Shown piece by piece: positions 48,919 through 59,178 of a stretch of DNA of 64,000 nt. The stretch is from an uncultured Candidatus Saccharibacteria bacterium (GTDB lineage: Bacteria > Patescibacteriota > Saccharimonadia > Saccharimonadales > JAGQNJ01). The first letter of the stretch is position 1; each line of letters begins with the position of its first letter. The stretch lies in assembly GCA_964565615.1 (NCBI GenBank), contig CAZMFO010000001.1:19513-83512 (forward strand). Reading direction: 5' to 3'. The notes beneath the pieces are model-generated. The model made no database searches. It was not told the origin of the DNA and worked only from the letters and a program-made list of their open reading frames with translations. The position numbers and the translations under genes are program-made.

Positions 48919-49959
48919 ATGTCAGAAGAAAAAAAGCAGAAGCGCTGGAAGATGATTGTTAATGTTGTGACGCTTTCGGCACTAGGACTGCTAATCTATT
49001 TAGTTAGGAATGATGTAGTAGAGACTATTAATAAGATAGATGATATTCGCTGGTGGGTGTTGTTATTGATGGTTCCTGTGCAAGCTCTTAATTTTTACAC
49101 CTACACACTTATGTATTATGGTTTGTTGCGGTTTCTTGGTTTTAAACTTAAAGTCCGAGAACTGTTTAAAATAGCGTTGGAGCTTAATTTTGTAAATCAT
49201 GTTTTCCCAAGTGGGGGCGTTTCTGGGTTCTCGTATTTTAGTTTAAGATTACGACCACTAGGTGTTACAACCGGGACATCCACACTTATTCAATTAATGC
49301 GCTTTGTTTTGGTTTTTGTTTCGTTTCAGGTTTTGTTGGTAGTCGGAGTGCTGGCTTTAGCCTTTTCTGGTGCCGTCAATAATTTTGTGATGTTGATATC
49401 TGGATCAATAGCTACAATGTTGATAATCGGAACACTCATTTTGGGATATGTTATTGGTAGCAAGCAACGAATTAATATGTTCTTTACAGGTATAACACGG
49501 CTCATCAATAAGTTGGTTAGTGTTGTTCACCCCAAAAGACCAGAGGCAATAAGCATAGATAGAGCCCAAAAAGTCTTCCGCGAACTGCACGAAAACTATC
49601 TATTGTTAAAAAAAGACCTCAGTGCTCTTAAAAAACCACTAATTGATGCTTTGTTTTCTAACATTACAGAGATAATAACTCTGTATCTTGTGTTTGTGGC
49701 GTTTGATTTTTGGGTCAATCCCGGGGCGGTGATTTTGGCCTATGCCGTAGCTAACTTTGCCGGGCTGATTTCTATTTTGCCCGGTGGTGTTGGAGTTTAC
49801 GAGGCTTTGATGACCGCTGTACTAACCTCAACAGGCGTGCCTGCTGGTGTTAGTTTTCCGATAGTCTTAATGTATCGGATAACTACTATGATTATGCAGT
49901 TACCGCCGGGATATTTGTTGTACCATAAGGCAGTGCAAGAAAACGCAATTAAGCTATGA
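48919..49959 (+). CDS. Flippase-like / LPG-synthase-TM (UPF0104) family membrane protein
   Basis: Polytopic. N-terminal KRWKMIVNVVTLSALGLLIYLV ... pattern. Confidence 0.45.
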   Translation: MSEEKKQKRWKMIVNVVTLSALGLLIYLVRNDVVETINKIDDIRWWVLLLMVPVQALNFYTYTLMYYGLLRFLGFKLKVRELFKIALELNFVNHVFPSGGVSGFSYFSLRLRPLGVTTGTSTLIQLMRFVLVFVSFQVLLVVGVLALAFSGAVNNFVMLISGSIATMLIIGTLILGYVIGSKQRINMFFTGITRLINKLVSVVHPKRPEAISIDRAQKVFRELHENYLLLKKDLSALKKPLIDALFSNITEIITLYLVFVAFDFWVNPGAVILAYAVANFAGLISILPGGVGVYEALMTAVLTSTGVPAGVSFPIVLMYRITTMIMQLPPGYLLYHKAVQENAIKL

Positions 49960-51074
49960 ATAAAGATATGGTTTATCAGGTTACTGACTTTGTGGCGATT
50001 TGTAATCAGGTTTTAGAGGTGGCTTTTGGGAGCATTCAGATTAGCGGAGAGCTGGCTAGTTTTAAAGTGAGCAAGAACAAGTGGCTTTTCTTCAACATTA
50101 AAGATCAGTATTCTTCATTACGTTGTTTTGGAACAGTCAATGAGCTACCGGGTCCTCTTGAGGATGGAATGACAGTAATTATTAGTGGAACACCAAAGCT
50201 TCATCCAAAATATGGGTTTAGCGTTACGGTTCAGTCTATTAGATTATCTGGCGAGGGATCAATAAAAAAAGCTCAAGTCTTGCTGGAGCAGAAGCTGGCA
50301 AAAGAGGGGCTATTTGATACCACACGAAAAAGAACACTACCGTTTGCACCCACAAAAGTAGGCCTAATAAGCTCATCAGAATCTGCTGGCTATACAGATT
50401 TTATGAAGATCGTTAACGAGCGATGGTCGGGTTTAGAGATTAAGCTAATTGATGTCCTTGTTCAAGGAGAAGACTCGCCGAAGCAAATTATCCAAGCCGT
50501 CGATTATTTTAATCAGCACCATCCAGAAATTGAGGTATTGGTGATAACAAGGGGTGGGGGAGGCGATGATGATCTTCAGACCTTTAATCACGAAGGAGTT
50601 GTTAGGGCAATCTCGGCAAGTCGTATTCTTACAATGGTAGCTATTGGTCACGAGAAAGATGTTACCTTAGCTGAACGAGTGGCTGATGTTCGAGCAAGCA
50701 CTCCTAGCAATTGTGCCCAACTGCTGGTGCCAGATAAGTTGGTAGAGCTAGAGAAGTTACTAGCCGTAAAAGATCAGCTGGAGGTGGGTGTGCTTCAAAA
50801 CTTGGCTCAATGGGCAAACAACTTGCAGAAGGCGGGACAGCAATTGAGCGAAAACACTTTTGTCTCGTTACAACAACAGAGTAGTAGCTTAGCTTTAAGA
50901 AGTCAGATACTAGAAGCATTTAATCCAACTGTCGCTTTGAAGCGAGGCTATGCCATCTTGCGATTAAATAATAGGGTAATTAAATCGGTTAGATCACTGC
51001 GGTTGGGGCAAATGGTTGGACTAGAGTTGTATGATGGTCAGGCCGAAGCAACCATAACTAGCATTGCGGGATAG
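49956..51074 (+). CDS. xseA: Exodeoxyribonuclease VII large subunit
   Basis: N-terminal OB fold (ISGELASFKVSKNKWLFFNIKD). Catalytic region (ITRGGGGDDDL). Confidence 0.85.
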   Translation: MNKDMVYQVTDFVAICNQVLEVAFGSIQISGELASFKVSKNKWLFFNIKDQYSSLRCFGTVNELPGPLEDGMTVIISGTPKLHPKYGFSVTVQSIRLSGEGSIKKAQVLLEQKLAKEGLFDTTRKRTLPFAPTKVGLISSSESAGYTDFMKIVNERWSGLEIKLIDVLVQGEDSPKQIIQAVDYFNQHHPEIEVLVITRGGGGDDDLQTFNHEGVVRAISASRILTMVAIGHEKDVTLAERVADVRASTPSNCAQLLVPDKLVELEKLLAVKDQLEVGVLQNLAQWANNLQKAGQQLSENTFVSLQQQSSSLALRSQILEAFNPTVALKRGYAILRLNNRVIKSVRSLRLGQMVGLELYDGQAEATITSIAG

Positions 51075-51112
51075 TTTAGATTATAATCTCCGTAACGAAA
51101 GCGAGAGATTTT

Positions 51113-51673
51113 ATGGATTTATCAATATTTGAGGCTGGCAGAGAGATTTTAGCTTGGCACAATCAGAACAAATTTGCCGTATGGCAAACGGCACAAGAAG
51201 AGAAAGATCGCAAAATTGAGGAGACTAAGAGATTGCACAAAGAGAGACTTGCCAGAGAACCTCTTGACTTAGCTCTAAAATTAATCGAAAGGCACGAAGA
51301 GGCTGTTGGTAAAGGCCTGGTTTTAAACAAAGACGACTACAGATTTGCACTAAAAGATTCCAGCAATAATACCTGTGTCTGGCTTCGACTTAAGCCGGCA
51401 TACTATTTACCCGTAGATGTCCCCCAATTACATTCTATAGAATTTAGCTTAGGTATGGTGGATGTGTTTGGTTATCAATCCGAACATCACTTGGCTACAG
51501 CAGTCTATGGTTCTGATAACCCTAAAGAGGGCACTTTGATACACGAGCCAGGAGTACGAGCAGATATTGTAGATCCAGATAATGACCAGAGCTTGTTGAG
51601 TGCAATTATACGCGAGGCCTCTATGTTGCAAGGCATACCAATTCTGCCTCTCAGGCCTCCTATAAATGAGTAG
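51113..51673 (+). CDS. Hypothetical protein (186 aa) inserted between xseA and xseB
   Basis: ORF only. Confidence 0.45.
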   Translation: MDLSIFEAGREILAWHNQNKFAVWQTAQEEKDRKIEETKRLHKERLAREPLDLALKLIERHEEAVGKGLVLNKDDYRFALKDSSNNTCVWLRLKPAYYLPVDVPQLHSIEFSLGMVDVFGYQSEHHLATAVYGSDNPKEGTLIHEPGVRADIVDPDNDQSLLSAIIREASMLQGIPILPLRPPINE

Positions 51674-51693
51674 GCTACAGTATAATAGAGTGT

Positions 51694-51885
51694 ATGACCA
51701 AGATTAATTACAAACAACTCAATAAAGAGCTGGATGAGATATTGGCAAAATTACGATCTCCAGATTTGGATGTAGATGATGCTGTACTACTTTACCAACG
51801 GGGTATGCAGATTACTAAAGAACTAGAATTGTATATCAAAAACGCCACAAACAAAGTAAGCAAAATAAAGGCAAAGTTTGAATAA
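51694..51885 (+). CDS. xseB: Exodeoxyribonuclease VII small subunit
   Basis: 63-aa helical protein. LDEILAKLRSPDLDVDDAVLLYQRGMQITKELELYIKNATNKV matches the XseB pattern. TATAAT 7 nt upstream of its ATG. Confidence 0.7.
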   Translation: MTKINYKQLNKELDEILAKLRSPDLDVDDAVLLYQRGMQITKELELYIKNATNKVSKIKAKFE

Positions 51886-51891
51886 CTACAT

Positions 51892-52392
51892 ATGATCCTA
51901 GTCTGGAATATAATTTTGCTAGTTGTCTTTTTGCTATTTTTGTCTTTTGCTTTTGTGATTGCCTTTGGGGCACCGTATTTGCCAACTTTAAAGAATAGAG
52001 TTTCGGATATTGTTAAGCTGGCAGAGCTTAAATCTGGACAGACCGTACTAGAGCTTGGTAGTGGTGACGGTCGGGTTCTGCTAGCATTTGCTAAGCAGGG
52101 AATAAATGTCGTCGGCTATGAACTTAATCCAGTTTTGGTTTTGTATTCTAAGATAATTACTTTTAAGTATAGGAGCAAGGTGCAGGTTAAGTGGGGTAAT
52201 TATTGGAAAGAAGAGTGGCCAGATGCAGATGTGGTTTTTGTGTTTTTGTTGCAAAGATATATGCAAAAACTAGATCAGCAAATTATCCAAAGATACTCTA
52301 AGGGAGTAAAGCTCATTAGTTTTGCCTTTAAGATACCGGGTAAAGCAATTCGCAGGCAAAAAAAAGGTATGTATTTGTATGATTACAATTAA
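51892..52392 (+). CDS. Small class I SAM-dependent methyltransferase with an N-terminal TM helix
   Basis: VLELGSGDGRVLLAFAKQG (motif I). Confidence 0.6.
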   Translation: MILVWNIILLVVFLLFLSFAFVIAFGAPYLPTLKNRVSDIVKLAELKSGQTVLELGSGDGRVLLAFAKQGINVVGYELNPVLVLYSKIITFKYRSKVQVKWGNYWKEEWPDADVVFVFLLQRYMQKLDQQIIQRYSKGVKLISFAFKIPGKAIRRQKKGMYLYDYN

Positions 52393-52431
52393 TGATTGAA
52401 AAAGGCTAGTCGGTAGGTTAACATAAACATT

Positions 52432-53109
52432 ATGGTATTGATATCAAAACTGTCAAGGAACCAACAGGGCGTCATCAATGCCTTATTGATCCCTTTGATA
52501 TTGATGACGATATTATTCTTGTCGGTAAGTGGCTTTGCTATATGGGCTTTTACTAGCCGACAAGAGTATAAAAATAACACAGACGGTATCGTTGCTAAAC
52601 AGGTTGAAATTGCCAAGAAGGAAACTGCTACTCAAAAAGACAACGAATTTATCGAAAAGGAGAAGAACCCCTTAAAACAGTATCAAGGTCCTGCGTCGTT
52701 TGGCAGGGTATCTGTTGAGTTCCCAAAAACATGGAGTGCTTATGTGGATGATACCGGCAAAGGCAGTTTTTCTTTGGATGGATATTTTAATCCTGTTACT
52801 GTTCCAGGTGTTCAGAGTGGTTCCTCTTACGCTCTAAGGTTACAGGTAGTCAATAAAGAGTTTTCGGAAGAAGCGCGTAGCTATGATAGTCAGATTAAGA
52901 GTGGTAAGGCGCGGTCTTCGGCATATAGTGCCAAGAAAGTACCCGGAGTAGTAGGGATTAAGATAGAGGGCGAGATAAGTAGTAAACAGCAAGGAATTGT
53001 AATTTTATTGCCTATTAGAGATAAAACAATAAAGATATTTACAGAGTCCGATCAGTTTTATAATGATTTTAACAACATTATTTTGCCGAACTTATCATTT
53101 ACGCCCTAG
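52432..53109 (+). CDS. Membrane-anchored hypothetical protein
   Basis: N-terminal TM, then an extracytoplasmic domain. Confidence 0.45.
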   Translation: MVLISKLSRNQQGVINALLIPLILMTILFLSVSGFAIWAFTSRQEYKNNTDGIVAKQVEIAKKETATQKDNEFIEKEKNPLKQYQGPASFGRVSVEFPKTWSAYVDDTGKGSFSLDGYFNPVTVPGVQSGSSYALRLQVVNKEFSEEARSYDSQIKSGKARSSAYSAKKVPGVVGIKIEGEISSKQQGIVILLPIRDKTIKIFTESDQFYNDFNNIILPNLSFTP

Positions 53110-53865
53110 TTGTTCGGCTGGTATCATTTAACTAGTGAGGAGTATGATAGTTTAATGACCAGCAAGGGTAATTTTGATAATAGCCAGCAGGCACTCGGTC
53201 TATTGTATAATGTTGCCGAAGACTTAAAAGTACCGTTTTATAGAATACTTAATGAGCTAACTGTTGGAGAGTGTGATTACGGACATAGTCAAGCACATAT
53301 TATTGCCGAAGCATCGCTAAAGATGCTCGATAGTTACTTAGTTAGCACTCAAATCTACACAGGTCAGCAAACCCTTGTTATAGAGCCGGTATCTGCCCAT
53401 GCAATTCTTTACGACACAGGGCAACAACTATCTAATTTGGCTCGCTTGCATAATTTTGATATACAACTAAATATTCAACGCAATGTCGGACAGATTATGG
53501 CAAACTACCAGGCATTACAATCTGCAATTACTAGTATCGGCTATAGTTTTTTGTATAATTACGATGCCTCAAAACGCAACAAGAAAACTCTTTTGCTTAG
53601 CTTGCAGGCAAAACAAAATAGGGCAGAAATTGGGGTGTATAGTAGCGACAGTTATTTGTCGGCCAATAGTTTACAAAGAGTGCGCCAACTGCGAGGGCGT
53701 GCTCGGGTTCCGATTACAGAATTTTCGCACGGCAGTAGTAGCGGTTTAATCATTGCCGATGAATTATTTAATGTTATGGCTACCAAGATGCAAGCCAGCA
53801 AGTTCAACAATTTGCGTGGGGTAAAAGCATCCTTACTCCCCAGCAGGCAGTTGAGTCTAATATGA
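53110..53865 (+). CDS. Hypothetical protein (251 aa)
   Basis: ORF only. Its end overlaps the next gene. Confidence 0.45.
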   Translation: MFGWYHLTSEEYDSLMTSKGNFDNSQQALGLLYNVAEDLKVPFYRILNELTVGECDYGHSQAHIIAEASLKMLDSYLVSTQIYTGQQTLVIEPVSAHAILYDTGQQLSNLARLHNFDIQLNIQRNVGQIMANYQALQSAITSIGYSFLYNYDASKRNKKTLLLSLQAKQNRAEIGVYSSDSYLSANSLQRVRQLRGRARVPITEFSHGSSSGLIIADELFNVMATKMQASKFNNLRGVKASLLPSRQLSLI

Positions 53866-54257
53866 CAAACTCCTCAAATAAGCCACTTGATATTTTTTTG
53901 ATAGAACCCGACGGTATAATTGGGGAGCTGTTTCAAAAAGCGTTGACAGTAGAGGGTTATAAAACAAAATATGTTACTTCTGCACAGCAGGCCGTCGAGT
54001 TTTTAGACCGAAGAAAAGTAAAGCTGATAATTTTAGAGCTTCAATTAAGGCTCCACAACGGAATAGAGTTAATAAACGAAATACGATCTTATCCAGACAC
54101 AAACGATATTCCGGTTATCGTATTATCTTATGTCCCAGAACAAGATGTTTCTGCCTTGATCCAGACAAGGCAATATAAAATAGTTAAGTACTTATACAAA
54201 CCTCAGACATCATTTAGTCGTTTACTTAAGGCAATAAAAGAAGTGTTAGATAAATGA
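53862..54257 (+). CDS. Receiver-like (pseudo-receiver) domain protein
   Basis: REC-fold pattern, but the phospho-acceptor position reads LIILELQL (Glu instead of Asp). Confidence 0.55.
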   Translation: MTNSSNKPLDIFLIEPDGIIGELFQKALTVEGYKTKYVTSAQQAVEFLDRRKVKLIILELQLRLHNGIELINEIRSYPDTNDIPVIVLSYVPEQDVSALIQTRQYKIVKYLYKPQTSFSRLLKAIKEVLDK

Positions 54258-54937
54258 GGCAGATTGTAACAACCGGAGTTATTCTGGGCAGAACAAATTA
54301 TCGGGAGGCCGATCGCATACTTAATGTTATTACGCCAGACAATGGTAAGGTACATTTGCTGGCGCGTGGAGTAAGAAAGGTAAAGAGCAAGCTAGCCGGT
54401 GGTATTGAGTTTTTTAGCATTAGTTCGTTGAGCTATATTATGGGGCGGGGGAGCGTTTCAACTTTGACATCAGCTAGGCTTCAGACACATTTTAGCAATA
54501 TAGTTTTAGACTATTCGCGAACAATGGTTGGTTACGAGATATTAAAGATTATAGATAAATCAACACAAGATAACTGCGAAGAAGCCTACTATCATATATT
54601 GATACAAGCGTTAATGTATCTCAATAATACTGCTGTTGATATCAATGTAACAAAATGTTGGTTTTTTGCACAGCTACTTAAGACGCTTGGTCATTATCCA
54701 AATACAGAAACAGATAGTAGCCAAGAAAAGCTAAAGGTTGAATTAAAATATACTTTTGATCTTCAAGAGATGAGTTTTGTTAAAAGCAGTAAAGGAGAAT
54801 ATAACCATAAGCACATTAAATTCTTGAGGTTGTTAATTAAAGAAAGCCCCCAAAAATTGCAATCTATAAGAGATATTGGTGGTATATTATCACCTGTTTC
54901 GGAGCTACTTTTAAATTGTTTAACTTACCAAAATTAG
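54254..54937 (+). CDS. recO: DNA repair protein RecO
   Basis: N-terminal OB fold TTGVILGRTNYREADRILNVITPDNGKVHLLARGVRK. Confidence 0.8.
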   Translation: MRQIVTTGVILGRTNYREADRILNVITPDNGKVHLLARGVRKVKSKLAGGIEFFSISSLSYIMGRGSVSTLTSARLQTHFSNIVLDYSRTMVGYEILKIIDKSTQDNCEEAYYHILIQALMYLNNTAVDINVTKCWFFAQLLKTLGHYPNTETDSSQEKLKVELKYTFDLQEMSFVKSSKGEYNHKHIKFLRLLIKESPQKLQSIRDIGGILSPVSELLLNCLTYQN

Positions 54938-54992
54938 TCTATTTGGTAAAATATTGACTTGAAATTGTGCGACTGTCTGGCATTATGTAACA

Positions 54993-55415
54993 ATGGGTTT
55001 GTTTAAAAAAGCTGGTATCGCAGTAGCGATATCTTTACCAATAGTGGCGGGTATTTCTAGTGAGCTTGAATCGAAACCTAAGGTTTTGGAGGGTCTGTCC
55101 TACGATGCAACAACATCTAACGAGGAGGTTAGTCAGATAGTGGATGATGATTTGGCCTATTCACCAAGTGGGACAGCAGAGAGCTCAGAAGATTATTCGG
55201 ACGGTCTTAAATATATCCTAATTGTCGGAGTTAGTGGATGTATTGCAGTAGCAGGGGCTGGAGTGCTGTTGCTAAGGAGAGCGAATAATATAATCAGTAA
55301 TCAGCCACCAGATATTGAAGCCGAAATGCCGGACTTGTATTATTTTCTTGCCATAAATCGTCTTGATCCTATTGGGCCAGAGGACGATCCTAACTTTTGG
55401 CCACCAAAATCATAA
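54993..55415 (+). CDS. Hypothetical exported/membrane protein with an acidic domain and a C-terminal TM
   Basis: Signal-peptide-like N-terminus. TM (ILIVGVSGCIAVAGAGVLLL), then RRAN. Confidence 0.4.
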   Translation: MGLFKKAGIAVAISLPIVAGISSELESKPKVLEGLSYDATTSNEEVSQIVDDDLAYSPSGTAESSEDYSDGLKYILIVGVSGCIAVAGAGVLLLRRANNIISNQPPDIEAEMPDLYYFLAINRLDPIGPEDDPNFWPPKS

Positions 55416-55451
55416 AACCGTTGAGAACATAATCTGTTATAATTGGCTAAT

Positions 55452-56777
55452 ATGAGTAAAGAAGTAAAAATGGAAGATATAGTTAGCTTGTGTAAAAGGC
55501 GTGGGTTTGTTTTTCAGGGGAGCGAGGTTTACGGTGGATTAAGTGGGACTTGGGATTATGGTCCGCTTGGTTTAATGCTCAAAAAGAATATTCAGAATCT
55601 ATGGTGGCAAACATTTGTAGATAATCGAGATGATATGTATGGGGTGGATGCGTCTATTTTGATGAACCAAAAAGTCTGGCAGGCCAGTGGCCATGTTGAT
55701 ACCTTTTCTGATCCTTTGGTTGAGTGCGCAAAATGTAAGGTACGATTAAGGGCAGATAAGCTTGATGGAACAGAAAAATGCCAAAAGGGTGGTGCTCACG
55801 AGTTTGGTGAAGCTCGGCAATTTAATATGATGTTCCGCACCCAAATTGGTCCGGCAGAAGATTTTGATAATCAGCATTCTGGCGACAATCCAAGTAGGGT
55901 GTACTTAAGGCCAGAAACTGCACAGGGCATTTTTACAAACTTTCGTAATATCGTAGATACATTTTACCCAGACCTACCTTTTGGTATTGCTCAAATTGGT
56001 AAGGCCTTCCGTAACGAGATCTCGCCACGAGACTTTGTTTTTCGGTCACGCGAGTTTGAACAAATGGAGATAGAATATTTTATTCATCCAGATAATTGGC
56101 AAAAAGAATTCGAGCAATGGATTGATGCTATTGTAGCCTTTTTGGATAAACTTGGTTTACCAAAAGATAAGGTCCATCAACTTGAAGTGTCAAATGATGA
56201 GAGGGCACATTATTCAAAACGAACAGTAGATTTTGAATTTGATTTTCCAATTGGTAGGGAAGAGCTACTAGGTCTAGCTTATCGTACTGATTTTGATTTG
56301 ATGAATATCCAGCGAGTGAGCGGAAAGAGTATGGATTATCTAATTAAAGGTACTAACGAACGACTTGTTCCGCATGTTATTGAGCCGAGTTTTGGGGTTG
56401 AGAGGTTAATTATGGCGGTTCTTTCAAGTGCTTACGAAGAGGATCAGCAGAACGGTGAGAAGCGTGTATTTTTAGCACTGCCAAATAATCTTGCACCAGT
56501 TAGATTGGCTGTTTCGCCACTATTAAAGAACAAGCCAGAGCTGGTGCAAAAGGCTCAAGAAGTTTATAAAACCCTAAAGAACGAGTTTGGTAATGTTATG
56601 TGGGACGACAACGGCAATATCGGTAAGCGTTACCGTCGCCAAGACGAGATCGGCACACCGTATTGCGTAGTGATAGATTTCCAAACCTTAGAGGACGACA
56701 CCGTGACTGTCCGCAACCGCGACACCACCAAACAAGAACGAGTACAAATTGTAGAATTAAAATCTAAACTAGGCTGA
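55452..56777 (+). CDS. glyS: Glycyl-tRNA synthetase, alpha2 (archaeal/eukaryal-like) type
   Basis: RRGFVFQGSEVYGGLSGTWDYGPLG; class II. Start at ATG 55452; the track's TTG at 55443 lies inside the TATAAT box. Confidence 0.9.
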   Translation: MSKEVKMEDIVSLCKRRGFVFQGSEVYGGLSGTWDYGPLGLMLKKNIQNLWWQTFVDNRDDMYGVDASILMNQKVWQASGHVDTFSDPLVECAKCKVRLRADKLDGTEKCQKGGAHEFGEARQFNMMFRTQIGPAEDFDNQHSGDNPSRVYLRPETAQGIFTNFRNIVDTFYPDLPFGIAQIGKAFRNEISPRDFVFRSREFEQMEIEYFIHPDNWQKEFEQWIDAIVAFLDKLGLPKDKVHQLEVSNDERAHYSKRTVDFEFDFPIGREELLGLAYRTDFDLMNIQRVSGKSMDYLIKGTNERLVPHVIEPSFGVERLIMAVLSSAYEEDQQNGEKRVFLALPNNLAPVRLAVSPLLKNKPELVQKAQEVYKTLKNEFGNVMWDDNGNIGKRYRRQDEIGTPYCVVIDFQTLEDDTVTVRNRDTTKQERVQIVELKSKLG

Positions 56778-57020
56778 ATTACGCAAGATGTCAATCATTA
56801 GAGATTCGGATGTTTTTGTACGCAGTTGTATGCAAAGATGACAAACATGATTGATTGCTTCAGAAATCGAAACAGTTGCTATGGCGTTTGATGTATTTGA
56901 CAATTTTTGGCCGATGTATAGATTTGAAACAGTAGATTTGCGACTTTGAGTTTTTTGGTCTGTTAGGCTTTTTATCTGTGTTAAAATTTGTTAAGAAGGT
57001 TTGGAATTTAGGATAAACAT

Positions 57021-57482
57021 ATGAGCAGGGAATTTGTTGATATTGATGAACTAGAATCAATGGCTGGGACAGTTTGTACAGTTTTTGGTTTTGCCCCAGA
57101 AGAACTTTTTTTGGATCAAGACCTTCTAGCAAGTTTAATTGACCCTATAAGATCTAGCGCCCAACAGCTTTTGGGGCAATGGGTTCATAAAGTTGTGCCG
57201 GGCTATTATTTGGGTTGTAGTGTATTGGGCGAAAACGATTTGGTTAATGCTGGTGAAGAGGACTTATTTTACGGTATCTATAGAGGAATTGATATGATAG
57301 GAGGTAAAGAGCCTTTGTTGTCTGGTAATCACACTGCCACATTTTATCCGAGCATTGTGTTTGAGACGATTGACAATGATGAGCCTCCTTATAGTCTGGC
57401 GCAAACATACTTGCATATTGCCGTACCTTTGGTTGACAACATTGTGGCTATTGAAAAGATTGGATTTGGTTATGCAAACTGA
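57021..57482 (+). CDS. Hypothetical acidic protein (153 aa)
   Basis: ORF only. Confidence 0.4.
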   Translation: MSREFVDIDELESMAGTVCTVFGFAPEELFLDQDLLASLIDPIRSSAQQLLGQWVHKVVPGYYLGCSVLGENDLVNAGEEDLFYGIYRGIDMIGGKEPLLSGNHTATFYPSIVFETIDNDEPPYSLAQTYLHIAVPLVDNIVAIEKIGFGYAN

Positions 57483-57497
57483 AGCAGAGTCAAAATT

Positions 57498-58019
57498 ATG
57501 AGATCTGATTTAGAATTACCAAGTATTGAAGAATATGAACTTCTTCGGGGAGCTTTTGAAGAACTTAGATACTCTGAATGGTCAAGAACCAAGTGCGTTA
57601 AGGGCGATTTGAGCGCTCTTTATATTCGTGCCGAAAAGCTCTGTTCTGATTTAGATTTTTTAGCGTGGCCACCGTTTACCTTGTGTATTAACGGAATAAT
57701 TAGGTCTTATACTGGAGGTAGCAGTCTAGTAGTTACTTATCGAGAACTCGCACATAACTCTAAGACCGAGAACTCTTCTGTTAATCATAATTACACCTTA
57801 AGAGAAGAAGGTGGAATATTAGTAGAGTTTGGGCAAAGTATTCTGGCTTGTCCGCAAATTTTGCCCCCAACAACCGATGTTGACATAAGAAGCTCTGACG
57901 CTTTACTTGATCAAGTCGCAGAGGGCGAGAAGATTCTGCGACAAAATACAGGCAACCAGCTAGAGCTTGCGAGTGGTGATTGTGGGATATTGTTTGATAG
58001 AATTACCGAATTTTTATAA
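57498..58019 (+). CDS. Hypothetical protein (173 aa)
   Basis: ORF only. Confidence 0.4.
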   Translation: MRSDLELPSIEEYELLRGAFEELRYSEWSRTKCVKGDLSALYIRAEKLCSDLDFLAWPPFTLCINGIIRSYTGGSSLVVTYRELAHNSKTENSSVNHNYTLREEGGILVEFGQSILACPQILPPTTDVDIRSSDALLDQVAEGEKILRQNTGNQLELASGDCGILFDRITEFL

Positions 58020-58104
58020 ACTGATTAGGCAAAAAATACAGCAACAGATTCTCTATTCTTAGAGTAAAATGTACAAAGATTACTAATATCAAAATAGGAG
58101 AAAT

Positions 58105-59136
58105 ATGGAAGCAAAAACCCTCACAAATGCTGATAGTAAAACCCCAAAAAAAAGCGATGATTTAGAACAAGAAACAGATGTCTTTGCTTGGGCAAATAAC
58201 CTAGTGCAGATTAAAGAAGAATTGACTATTGAGCTATTTTTGTTTAGCAAGAATTTCGTTGTCTATCGGGCACAGGTTGGTAAATCACTTCATCGCAATT
58301 TAGAGACTTTGCTTCTAGATAATTTGCTAGAAGCAGTCTTAGATGGTGCCGACAGTGGTCTAGTAGTACGAAATTTTGAAGACGCCGAAGAAGAAAAGAA
58401 TATACTGCAACGGACACGATTAAAAAATGTTGAGAACGCTCATATGGTGTTAAATTGGTTAAAAACTCAAGAACACGAGATAGAACCATTTGTTGAGGAG
58501 GAACACGATTTTAAGAGAATTAAGGGGTTGGTAGCGCGATGTAGCCACAAAGATTTACCTAAACCATTTTATGTTATTAAGGCTTTGCCTCAATCACAAA
58601 TTATGAAGGGCAGTGCAGGGTGGATGTTGCGAGGCGGTAGGTTTGTACCTTTTGATGCCGAAGGAGCATTGCGTATTCCGGCAGATAACCAACTTTTGGT
58701 GCTAGAGGGTGACATTTATGTCTTTAATCAAGCCAAGTTGGCTAGTTTGTTTGGCTATGATGCAAAAAAATATACCATTGCCGAACAAAAGCTAAAACTA
58801 ATTGCCGAACATTTTAAACTAAGTATTGATACAGATCAGACCATAGAACAAATGGTCAAAGGTAAGAAGGCACTAGTAAATAAACTCCAAAAAATTGATC
58901 CGACAAAGGTCACGCAAGAAAGGCTTATGCAACAAGCTAACGAGCTTGATTTGCCACTAATGGTTGATGGAGCGGGGGCAATAATTATTATGGATAGCAA
59001 AGATCTTAGCGTGTTTGTTAATCTTTTGAATGATGATTATATTGAGTCACCGATAACTAACGAGCGATACGAAATAACTGGTAAAAAACCCTTAAAACCA
59101 CCTTCTGATGACGACCTTTTAAAGCAAGTCTTGTAG
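58105..59136 (+). CDS. Hypothetical protein (343 aa)
   Basis: SD AGGAG. No motif I can name with confidence. Confidence 0.5.
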   Translation: MEAKTLTNADSKTPKKSDDLEQETDVFAWANNLVQIKEELTIELFLFSKNFVVYRAQVGKSLHRNLETLLLDNLLEAVLDGADSGLVVRNFEDAEEEKNILQRTRLKNVENAHMVLNWLKTQEHEIEPFVEEEHDFKRIKGLVARCSHKDLPKPFYVIKALPQSQIMKGSAGWMLRGGRFVPFDAEGALRIPADNQLLVLEGDIYVFNQAKLASLFGYDAKKYTIAEQKLKLIAEHFKLSIDTDQTIEQMVKGKKALVNKLQKIDPTKVTQERLMQQANELDLPLMVDGAGAIIIMDSKDLSVFVNLLNDDYIESPITNERYEITGKKPLKPPSDDDLLKQVL

Positions 59137-59178
59137 TTAGACGATAATAGTCGTTTGGTAGTGATATAATGTTAGTAA

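Noticed and set aside
58105-59136. Considered a specific defense-domain assignment for the 343-aa protein (e.g. KwaB/DUF4868-like)
   Set aside because: I cannot recall a diagnostic motif to support it from sequence alone; left as hypothetical pending profile search.
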